DNA of 64,000 nt from Gammaproteobacteria bacterium. GTDB taxonomy: Bacteria; Pseudomonadota; Gammaproteobacteria; Magnimaribacterales; D2472. The notes beneath the pieces were generated by a model. It ran no database searches. It was not told the DNA's origin and saw nothing but the letters and a program-made list of their open reading frames with translations. Below, in pieces: positions 53,170 to 63,172 of this stretch. Numbering within the stretch: position 1 is the stretch's first letter; the number at the start of each line of letters is the position of its first letter. The stretch lies in the NCBI GenBank assembly GCA_038108875.1, contig JAYNII010000002.1:33388-97387 (forward strand). The letters are read 5' to 3'. Both the position numbers and the translations under genes were made by a program.

Positions 53170-54299
53170 TATTTACAAATGGAGACTAAAGAAAAAACTG
53201 CAATTCCTTTATCATGTCCAACTCCTCCCAGTCCTTCAGTAGTTGTTGACTTGATAGCAATATCTTCAATTGGGAGCTCGCATAACTTTGAAAGTGATTT
53301 CTTTATTTCATCTACATAGGGACTTATTTTAGGTAGACCGCATACTATTGTGATTTCAATTTGTCTTAATTTATAAGTATGTTTTTTTAACAGAGTCATT
53401 GATTTGGTTAAAATAATTTTACTATCAAGATCTTTGTTACTATCATCGGTGTCTGGAAAATAGAATCCAATATCCCTTAAACCTATTGAACCCAAAATTG
53501 CGTCTGCTAAGGAATGAAGCAAGACATCTCCATCAGAATGGGAAATAATCGAATATTCTGATGGTATATCAACCCCTCCTAACCGGAATCCTGTTCCAGA
53601 TTCATAGAGATGATAATCTATACCGCGACCAAATCGATTATCAATTGATGAGCTTGAAAAAAGATCAGCAGCGTATGTGATTTTTTTATTGGCTTCATCG
53701 CCATCAAAAAACTTTATTTTGTAACCATAAAATTCTAGTAATTGTGACTCATCTGTAAAATCAATTTCATCACTTAGCTTTTTTGTAAAAGAGTCTTGCA
53801 GAGGTATTTTTTTAAAAATCTGTGGAGTTTGAACTGCAAAAAAATTATTTCGATCAACTGGTTGCATCGAATCACCAGACCTGAGGCTATCAGAAATTGA
53901 AACTACAGGAATTGCACCATCATATTTGTACAGATGCTTAATTTGATCAATAATTGGATTAATTGAAAAAAATGGTCTGACTGCATCATGCACAATAATA
54001 TATTCAATTTCTTCACTAACTAAGGCCAAACAATTGCTTACAGAGATCTGTCTAGTATTACCGCCTTTTATAATCTTAACTTTTTCATGATTTTCGAAAA
54101 CTATTCGTTTGCAAAACATATCAGAGGGTGCAATAGCTAAGATAACTTCTTTAACAGCATAATGTGAAGTAAAAGAATTTACAGTCTGTTCTAAAACAGT
54201 TGAGCCTCCCAGTCTATAGTATTGTTTTGGGATGATTGATTTAAAACGTGAACCTATTCCAGCAGCTGGAATGAGGACTGCAATATTAGTTTGGTTCAT
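53169..54299 (-). CDS. ispDF: Bifunctional IspD/IspF (MEP cytidylyltransferase fused to MEcPP synthase)
   Basis: 376 aa. N-terminal IspD (AVLIPAAGIGSRF) and C-terminal IspF (GIDYHLY..., SHSDGDVLLHSLADAILG, GFYFPDTD) in one ORF. Confidence 0.88.
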   Translation of the reverse strand: MNQTNIAVLIPAAGIGSRFKSIIPKQYYRLGGSTVLEQTVNSFTSHYAVKEVILAIAPSDMFCKRIVFENHEKVKIIKGGNTRQISVSNCLALVSEEIEYIIVHDAVRPFFSINPIIDQIKHLYKYDGAIPVVSISDSLRSGDSMQPVDRNNFFAVQTPQIFKKIPLQDSFTKKLSDEIDFTDESQLLEFYGYKIKFFDGDEANKKITYAADLFSSSSIDNRFGRGIDYHLYESGTGFRLGGVDIPSEYSIISHSDGDVLLHSLADAILGSIGLRDIGFYFPDTDDSNKDLDSKIILTKSMTLLKKHTYKLRQIEITIVCGLPKISPYVDEIKKSLSKLCELPIEDIAIKSTTTEGLGGVGHDKGIAVFSLVSICK

Positions 54300-54615
54300 C
54301 AGAGTGAAGAACCTTATTTGAAATGAAATGCTCTTCAGATTTTATCAAACCAAGTTTACCTCGAGCAAAAGCTTCAACATATAGATCCGAGTTTTGCATC
54401 TCTCTAATCTGACTTTCTAGATCACTATTTTGGCTCATAAGGAAATTTAGTTGTTTTTGCAGTTCCTGTTGCTCATTCCTGAGCTCTTGGTTAAGAGTCG
54501 CACCTTCACTTCCAATATACAAAGCCCAAAACAACCCTATTGATAAAAGCACAGAAATATAAGCAAAAAGCTTAATCCAGATTGAACTTTGCATATTTAA
54601 TATCTGAAAAATCAT
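54286..54615 (-). CDS. ftsB: Cell division protein FtsB
   Basis: About 100-109 aa. N-terminal TM and coiled coil (LNQELRNEQQELQKQLNFLMSQNSDLESQIREM), then the GLIKSEEHF motif. Either candidate start (54615 or 54594) overlaps the eno 3' end. Confidence 0.7.
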   Translation of the reverse strand: MIFQILNMQSSIWIKLFAYISVLLSIGLFWALYIGSEGATLNQELRNEQQELQKQLNFLMSQNSDLESQIREMQNSDLYVEAFARGKLGLIKSEEHFISNKVLHSDEPN

Positions 54616-55861
54616 TTTCTATCCAAAGCAATCTATTGTATTTTGCATTTCTGTCTGATCTACAAGGTGCGCCTGTTTTTATCTGCCCAACTCCCAGTCC
54701 AACCGCTAAATCAGAAATAGAAGTATCTTCAGTTTCTCCAGAGCGATGAGAGATTATAGAAGTAAAATTATTTTCTTTTGCCAAATTAATAGTATCAAGA
54801 GTCTCGCTAATAGTTCCTATCTGATTAATCTTTACCAATATTGCATTAGCAATTTTATCGTCAATACCTTTTTGTAATTCTTCTACATTTGTCACGAAAA
54901 GATCGTCTCCAACCAGGTTACATTTTGCGCCTAATAAATCTGTCAAGATCTTCCATCCATCTCTGTCATTTTCATCCATACCGTCCTCTATTGAGACTAT
55001 TGGGTAAGAGTTAAGCAATTCATTTAAATAAAGTGCAAACTCAGTTGAGGTTAAAGAAGCTTTATCTCCTTGTAAGACATACCTTCCATTTTGATAAAAT
55101 TCTGAAGCGGCGCAATCAAGGCTAATGGCAATATCTTCTCCAAATTCATAGCCAGCAATTTTAACAGAGCGCTCTATTAAATCTAAAGCTTCCTTATTGG
55201 AAGTTAAGTTGGGTGCAAACCCCCCTTCATCCCCTACAGCTGTTGAAAGCTTCTTTTGATGCAATTCTGATTTTAAAGCCTGATAAATTTCAGTACACCA
55301 CATGACTGCATCTTTAAAAGAGTTAGCGCCAATGGGCATGATCATAAATTCTTGAATATCAATATTATTATTTGCATGCTCTCCACCATTTATGATGTTC
55401 ATCATGGGTATTGGCAAATTCATAGTTAATTCTTTTGAAAATCTTTTTTTATAAAGTGAATTAACGTATTGAAACAATTGCATGTTTTGGCCGATAGCTG
55501 CCGATTTCAAAGACCCCAATGAAACGGCAAGAATAGCATTTGCTCCCAAATTAGCTTTATTTTTACTTCCATCTAACTCATTTAATAAGGCATCAATACC
55601 ATCTTGGTTTAGAACATCTTGTCCAAATAGGGATTGATTGATAATTGAGTTAATATTGTTAACTGCTTTGGTAACGCTTTTACCATTAAAAGAACTCTCT
55701 TTATCTCTCAACTCAATTGCTTCTCTGCTTCCCGTTGATGCTCCACTGGGAACCATGGAGTAAGCAAATATTCCTGAATCTAGAGATGTTCTTGCTGAAA
55801 CAGTTGGCACTCCCCTTGAATCTAAAATTTGAATAGCTTCTATCTTTGCAATCTTTGACAT
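54572..55861 (-). CDS. eno: Enolase
   Basis: 429 aa. Motifs ILDSRGVPTV, SHRSGETEDT and IKTGAPCRSDR. Confidence 0.96.
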   Translation of the reverse strand: MSKIAKIEAIQILDSRGVPTVSARTSLDSGIFAYSMVPSGASTGSREAIELRDKESSFNGKSVTKAVNNINSIINQSLFGQDVLNQDGIDALLNELDGSKNKANLGANAILAVSLGSLKSAAIGQNMQLFQYVNSLYKKRFSKELTMNLPIPMMNIINGGEHANNNIDIQEFMIMPIGANSFKDAVMWCTEIYQALKSELHQKKLSTAVGDEGGFAPNLTSNKEALDLIERSVKIAGYEFGEDIAISLDCAASEFYQNGRYVLQGDKASLTSTEFALYLNELLNSYPIVSIEDGMDENDRDGWKILTDLLGAKCNLVGDDLFVTNVEELQKGIDDKIANAILVKINQIGTISETLDTINLAKENNFTSIISHRSGETEDTSISDLAVGLGVGQIKTGAPCRSDRNAKYNRLLWIENDFSDIKYAKFNLD

Positions 55862-55862
55862 T

Positions 55863-58327
<2,465 letters not shown>

Positions 58328-58381
58328 CTAGATGGGAATACAGAATAACAGAATATGTTATTAATAAAAACTAATATTATG

Positions 58382-59455
58382 TTAATCACTAAATAAGGGT
58401 CTTGATAGATCTGCCCAGTCAATGTCTCCATCAGAAGGGCTATCTTTGAATTGCAAAATCCCAAGTTCATCAAATTTTTCTTTTACGCTGTCGGTTAATA
58501 AACCAATTCTTGAAAGGTTTGGCATTACCCTCTGAAAAAGCAGTTTTTGAAATGTCTTAAAGATTTCAGATTCCATCTGAAAAGCTCTTGCCTCATTAAC
58601 ATCCCATCCAAAATATTCATAAACATCAATCGATAACATTCTTTCTTTGCTTAAATAGCAAGCTTCGTAAGCGAATTGAGCCCTTTCTTCTTTTTCTTTG
58701 TTGGTAAGTGTCTCTACGAACTCTTCTAGATAATTGACTCCAAAAGTAACATGTCTAGCTTCGTCCCTTATGATAAGACCCAACATATCATATAAAACAG
58801 GATCTCTGGCTAAGTTTCTAGAGGATTGAAAAGCAGCCAATGCAAGCCCTTCAATAATTAACTGCATTCCAATAAATTTTAGATCCCATCTGTGATCAGT
58901 TAATATTTTATCTAGAATTGATTTAAGAGCATTGCCAATTGGATACATGAACCCAATTCTAGTTTGGATATATCTATTGAATGCCTCTACATGCCTTGCC
59001 TCATCAAAGGTTTGGGAAGAAGCATATAATTTTGATTGATATGTCGGGGCGCAAGTTGCAAGTTGAGAAGCTACCAATAAAGCTCCTTGCTCTCCGTGTA
59101 AGAACTGGCTCATGCTCCAAGAATTCCTATGCTTAAGAAACTCAACTTTTTTTTCATCAGGCATCGCTTGGTACGCGGGAAAATCATCCCAAAATACCGG
59201 CACAGGTTCTTTAATAGGCTCTATAGGTCTTTCCCAGTCAACATCGAGTTCAGAATTCCAATTAAGCTCCTTACCCAATTCATACAACTTTTTAATTCTA
59301 TTATCTTGATCGGTGTAATCCCAGTTATAAGATCCTGTTAAGGGAGTGTTAAAAATTTCTGCTATATCTTGAACATGTTTCTTAGTTAAGTAGGGCTCAA
59401 GATCATCTTGAAAGCGAACATTTCTTGGAGACTCTTTTAATCTTATTACTTCCAT
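58382..59455 (-). CDS. Ferritin-like diiron-carboxylate protein (AurF/R2-like oxygenase family). Function unknown.
   Basis: 357 aa. Duplicated E...(about 30 aa)...DEARH pattern: HGEQGA...FDEARHVEAF and IIEGLA...RDEARHVTFG, which is a classical E/ExxH x2 diiron site. Confidence 0.5.
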   Translation of the reverse strand: MEVIRLKESPRNVRFQDDLEPYLTKKHVQDIAEIFNTPLTGSYNWDYTDQDNRIKKLYELGKELNWNSELDVDWERPIEPIKEPVPVFWDDFPAYQAMPDEKKVEFLKHRNSWSMSQFLHGEQGALLVASQLATCAPTYQSKLYASSQTFDEARHVEAFNRYIQTRIGFMYPIGNALKSILDKILTDHRWDLKFIGMQLIIEGLALAAFQSSRNLARDPVLYDMLGLIIRDEARHVTFGVNYLEEFVETLTNKEKEERAQFAYEACYLSKERMLSIDVYEYFGWDVNEARAFQMESEIFKTFQKLLFQRVMPNLSRIGLLTDSVKEKFDELGILQFKDSPSDGDIDWADLSRPLFSD

Positions 59456-59456
59456 C

Positions 59457-60494
59457 TTATTTTTTCCTAATCACACGATGAGTAATTTTGGTCATTAATT
59501 CATAGGATATTAAATCATTATATGCAGATATAGAATTTATGCTATTTTCTGGAGACCAGAGAACAGCCCAATCGCCCTCTTTAACATCGCTCGTACCAGT
59601 AATATCTGCAGTTATTAGATCCATTGATACTCTGCCTAAAATCTTACACTCTTGAGAATTAATAAGAACTGAAGTGCCATCTATAGCTGTTTGGGGATAT
59701 CCATCTGCATATCCGCAATAAATAACTGCAATCTTTTTATTTTCTTGTGCTGTATATCTACCTCCATACCCTATTCTTTCACCCTTTCTTAAGGTTCTGA
59801 TAGAAATTACTTTACTCCTAAAAGTCATAGAGGTTTTAAGATATTTATCTGGAAATCCTCCGTACATTGCAATACCACATCTTACCCAATCGAATGCATA
59901 TTCCGGAAAATGCATAACCCCTGCGGAATTTAAAATACTTTTTTTCGTTTGATTGAAAGACGAAGCCAAATCATCAAATAAATCAAATTGCTTAGCATTC
60001 ATTTCATCTTTTGGAGAATCAGCACAAGCAAGATGACTCATCAAACAATTTTCCACTCGATTAAAGTCTAAAAGTTTTATTGAATCCTCTATCTCAAATC
60101 CTAATCTATTCATGCCAGTATTAAATTTCAACCATAAATTTAGTTTTGAATTAAATTGTTTGGCCAGCTCGTATTGAGAAAAATCGTGTATCACTAAAGA
60201 AAAATTATTTTGATTAGCTATTTTGAAGCCTTCTTCATTATAGAGGCCCTGCATGAGCAGAACTGGTTTAGAAGAATATTTCCTGATCGCAAGCGCCTCA
60301 TCTAGCCTTACTACGCCATATCCGTCTACACATGCATCTAATTCTTCTACAAAATCTTTTAGCTCATGACCGTAGGCATTTGCTTTAATAATTGCCATAA
60401 AAGATGTTTCTTTGGAGATCAATGTTTTTAAATAACAAATATTATTTTGAATAATACTCAAATCAACTATAAGTTCAGCCTTGGGCTCAATCAT
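59457..60494 (-). CDS. alr: Alanine racemase
   Basis: 345 aa. PLP-lysine motif AIIKANAYGHE and a C-terminal SYELMTKI. Confidence 0.88.
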   Translation of the reverse strand: MIEPKAELIVDLSIIQNNICYLKTLISKETSFMAIIKANAYGHELKDFVEELDACVDGYGVVRLDEALAIRKYSSKPVLLMQGLYNEEGFKIANQNNFSLVIHDFSQYELAKQFNSKLNLWLKFNTGMNRLGFEIEDSIKLLDFNRVENCLMSHLACADSPKDEMNAKQFDLFDDLASSFNQTKKSILNSAGVMHFPEYAFDWVRCGIAMYGGFPDKYLKTSMTFRSKVISIRTLRKGERIGYGGRYTAQENKKIAVIYCGYADGYPQTAIDGTSVLINSQECKILGRVSMDLITADITGTSDVKEGDWAVLWSPENSINSISAYNDLISYELMTKITHRVIRKK

Positions 60495-61858
60495 TTATAG
60501 GGATCATAAAAACTATCGACAGCAAAATTTTCAAAACGAGTGAACTCTTTTAAGAAGGTAAGATCCACTGTTCCAATAGGACCATTTCTTTGCTTGCCAA
60601 TAATTATCTCAGCCTTGTTACCTTCTTCAGAATCCTCGTTATAAACTTCATCTCTATAAATAAAGAAGATTACATCTGCATCCTGTTCGATAGCACCTGA
60701 GTCTCTTAAATCTGCCATCATCGGTCTTTTATTTGGTCTTTGTTCTACTGCTCTATTCAATTGCGATAAAGCAATCACTGGAACCTCTAGCTCTTTCGCT
60801 AGAGATTTAAGCGATCTAGAAATTTCGGATATTTGATTCACTCTACTTTCTGTTGAGCCTGGAAGCTGCATAAGCTGAAGATAGTCAACAATAATGAGTG
60901 CAAGCCCATGCTCGCTTTGTCTATAAACCCTTCTGGCACGAGCCCTTATCTCCATGGGTGATAAAATTGAACTATCATCAATTAATAAAGGCAGATCTCT
61001 TAGTTCAGCAGATGATTCCATAAACTTTTGTAATTGGTCGTTTGATAGGCGTGCTGACCTTACATCCTGCTGATCAATTTTTGCGTGACTCGCTAATAGT
61101 CTCGTGGTAAGTGATTCGGCTGGCATTTCCAAGCTAAAGACTAGTACAGATCCCTTTATATCCTTATTCATCAACATGTTTTCAGCTATATTCATTGCAA
61201 AAGAAGTTTTTCCCATGCTGGGTCTGCCTGCAACAATAATTAGATCTCCTTTTTGGAGACCTTGTGTTTTTTTATCAAGATCTTTATATCCTGTCGACGA
61301 ACCTAGCAATGAAGAACCTTTCTTAGAAAGTTCATTTAATCTGTCCATTGATGAACGAATTAATTCTTTTAACGGTAAAATTGAAGATGCGGTCCTACTC
61401 GCCTCATCATTTAATGAAAATATCTTACTTTCAGCTTCATCTAATAATGCTGCAGCGTCTTTACCTTGAGGATTTTTAATTAATTCAGCTATTTCTGAAT
61501 TAATATGTAATAACTTACGCGCAATAGACTTTTGCCTAATAAGTTCAGCATAAGCTTCTAAATTAGCTGCAGAGGGTGAGGAGGCTGCTAATTCAACCAG
61601 ATAATCTCTTCCCCCTGACCTGCCTAAAAGATTTTTACTATTTAAGCGTTCTGAAACTGTTATTGGATCAAGTGGTTTATTAGAATTAACCAATTCACCC
61701 ATTGATTCAAATATATGTTGATGATCTCTTCCTTCAAAATCAGCATGGGTAATTATCAAACTCACAGAATCAAATCTCTCAGTTTCAAGCATCAAACCGC
61801 CTAACACGGCCTGTTCTAGATTCCTAGTTTGATTAGATATTTCTATAGATTCAGGCAT
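60491..61858 (-). CDS. dnaB: Replicative DNA helicase DnaB
   Basis: 455 aa. Motifs EQAVLGGLM, Walker A GRPSMGKTSFAMN, VDYLQLM and SGAIEQDADV. Confidence 0.95.
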   Translation of the reverse strand: MPESIEISNQTRNLEQAVLGGLMLETERFDSVSLIITHADFEGRDHQHIFESMGELVNSNKPLDPITVSERLNSKNLLGRSGGRDYLVELAASSPSAANLEAYAELIRQKSIARKLLHINSEIAELIKNPQGKDAAALLDEAESKIFSLNDEASRTASSILPLKELIRSSMDRLNELSKKGSSLLGSSTGYKDLDKKTQGLQKGDLIIVAGRPSMGKTSFAMNIAENMLMNKDIKGSVLVFSLEMPAESLTTRLLASHAKIDQQDVRSARLSNDQLQKFMESSAELRDLPLLIDDSSILSPMEIRARARRVYRQSEHGLALIIVDYLQLMQLPGSTESRVNQISEISRSLKSLAKELEVPVIALSQLNRAVEQRPNKRPMMADLRDSGAIEQDADVIFFIYRDEVYNEDSEEGNKAEIIIGKQRNGPIGTVDLTFLKEFTRFENFAVDSFYDPYK

Positions 61859-61895
61859 AGGATACGATTTTCACACCATATCCAAAAGTTGACAA

Positions 61896-62342
61896 CTATT
61901 CTGCGCTTACAATTACAGTTATTTCTGCAGACACTTCGGGATGCAAAGTCAGAGTAACTAAAAATTCTCCAACCTCTTTGAGCGCACCGTCAGGCAATTG
62001 AACCCAACTCTTTTCAATCTGATGGCCTGCCTTTTCTAAAGCTGAGGTTATTTCTCTTGTTCCGATTGAGCCGTAAAGTGTTCCTTCTTCGGTAACTTGT
62101 GCAGCAATATTTATTTTAGTGCCAGAAATTGAATCAGCTATAGACTGCGCTTTAGTAACTAAATCAGCTGAAGCTGCAGCTAACTCAGCTTTTTTGCTTT
62201 CAACAAATTCTAAATTTACTTTTGAGGCAAACATTGCTTTCTTTTGAGGAATTAAAAAATTTCTGGCATAACCAGACTTAACATCCACAACATCGCCTAT
62301 CTCGCCAAGATGGATAACTTTATCAAGAAGTATTATTTTCAT
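61896..62342 (-). CDS. rplI: 50S ribosomal protein L9
   Basis: 148 aa. MKIILLDKV...G..GDVVDVKSGYARNFLIP. Confidence 0.93.
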   Translation of the reverse strand: MKIILLDKVIHLGEIGDVVDVKSGYARNFLIPQKKAMFASKVNLEFVESKKAELAAASADLVTKAQSIADSISGTKINIAAQVTEEGTLYGSIGTREITSALEKAGHQIEKSWVQLPDGALKEVGEFLVTLTLHPEVSAEITVIVSAE

Positions 62343-62347
62343 AAGAT

Positions 62348-62545
62348 TTATCTATGTTGATCAGTGAATGGGAGCAAGGCTAAAAATCTGGCAATCTTGA
62401 TAGATTGAGTAATTTTACGTTGTTGAGCAGCTGTTACACCAGAAACTCTACCTGGCATAATCTTTCCAGTTTCGGTAATAAACTGCTTCAATATATCCAG
62501 ATTTGTATGATTGAATTGTTTTGGTAATTTTAACGGTTTCATCAA
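62348..62545 (-). CDS. rpsR: 30S ribosomal protein S18 (short N-terminus)
   Basis: About 64-65 aa. Conserved core LKQFITETGKIMPGRVSGVTAAQQRKITQSIKIARFLALLPFTDQH. The start is TTG or ATG immediately after the rpsF TAA. Confidence 0.85.
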   Translation of the reverse strand: MMKPLKLPKQFNHTNLDILKQFITETGKIMPGRVSGVTAAQQRKITQSIKIARFLALLPFTDQHR

Positions 62546-63097
62546 TTATTCCTTAATCTCAGAATCGCTTGTTTCGAGATCATTACTAATATCTAAAAAA
62601 TCATCGGAATCGCCCGACTCAGAAAGTTCTTCCTCTTCTGAACTTAAATTATCTGATTCATGAAGTGCTTTTTTCTTAACAGCTTTTGGATGATCATTAG
62701 ACTTTTTAGATTGAGCTTCCAAAGCATCTTGCTTTGCTTTATTAGCAAGTTTTGCTTCAGCTCTTTTATTAGCTTCAATGGTATCCTCTGTTAGGAAAGA
62801 ATTGGCAAGCGTATGAGTTTCAACTTTTTGCAAAAAGTATCTAAGCAAAGAATTATCATATTTAAGCTTGTTTTCTAAATCGCTGACTGAAGAAGGAGCA
62901 CCGGTCAATTGATAGATTATGTATAAACCTTTGTTATTTTTTTTTATTGGGTAGGCAAGAAATCTTTTACCTATATTTTCTGTAAAAGCAATTTTAAAAC
63001 CCAAATCGGATAATGATTTCTCAAAACTTTCTTTAAAAATGTCAAATCTAGACTCTAAATCTGGTTTAACAATAAGAGTTAATTCGTAGTTGTTCAT
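62546..63097 (-). CDS. rpsF: 30S ribosomal protein S6 with a long C-terminal extension
   Basis: 183 aa. The S6 core (MNNYELTLIVKPD...GKRFLAYPIKK) is followed by a tail of about 85 aa, first Lys/Ala-rich and then Ser/Asp/Glu-rich. Confidence 0.85.
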   Translation of the reverse strand: MNNYELTLIVKPDLESRFDIFKESFEKSLSDLGFKIAFTENIGKRFLAYPIKKNNKGLYIIYQLTGAPSSVSDLENKLKYDNSLLRYFLQKVETHTLANSFLTEDTIEANKRAEAKLANKAKQDALEAQSKKSNDHPKAVKKKALHESDNLSSEEEELSESGDSDDFLDISNDLETSDSEIKE

Positions 63098-63101
63098 GTT
63101 T

Positions 63102-63139
63102 TTCCTTTTGGTTAATTAGGCTGCTTTGCAACCAAGGAA
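63102..63139 (-). promoter_or_regulatory. Candidate rpsF leader hairpin sequestering the Shine-Dalgarno sequence
   Basis: On the minus strand, UUCCUUGGUU-(16-nt loop)-AACC-AA-AAGGAA gives 6+4 bp with an AA bulge. The 3' arm contains the AAGGAA SD 4 nt from the ATG. Folded by eye. Confidence 0.35.
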
Positions 63140-63144
63140 CGGGA

Positions 63145-63172
63145 ATTATAAACAATATTTTTTTTGGATCAA
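63145..63172 (-). promoter_or_regulatory. Putative sigma70 promoter of the rpsF operon (-35 TTGATC, 16-nt spacer, -10 TATAAT)
   Basis: Read on the minus strand. TATAAT lies at 63145-63150 and TTGATC at 63167-63172, overlapping the ftsA stop codon. Confidence 0.4.

Noticed and set aside
62546-62548. Absence of priB between rpsF and rpsR.
   Set aside because: rpsF-priB-rpsR-rplI is the enterobacterial order. As far as I recall, many other gammaproteobacteria, including Pseudomonas, have rpsF-rpsR adjacent. The absence here is therefore not informative on its own.
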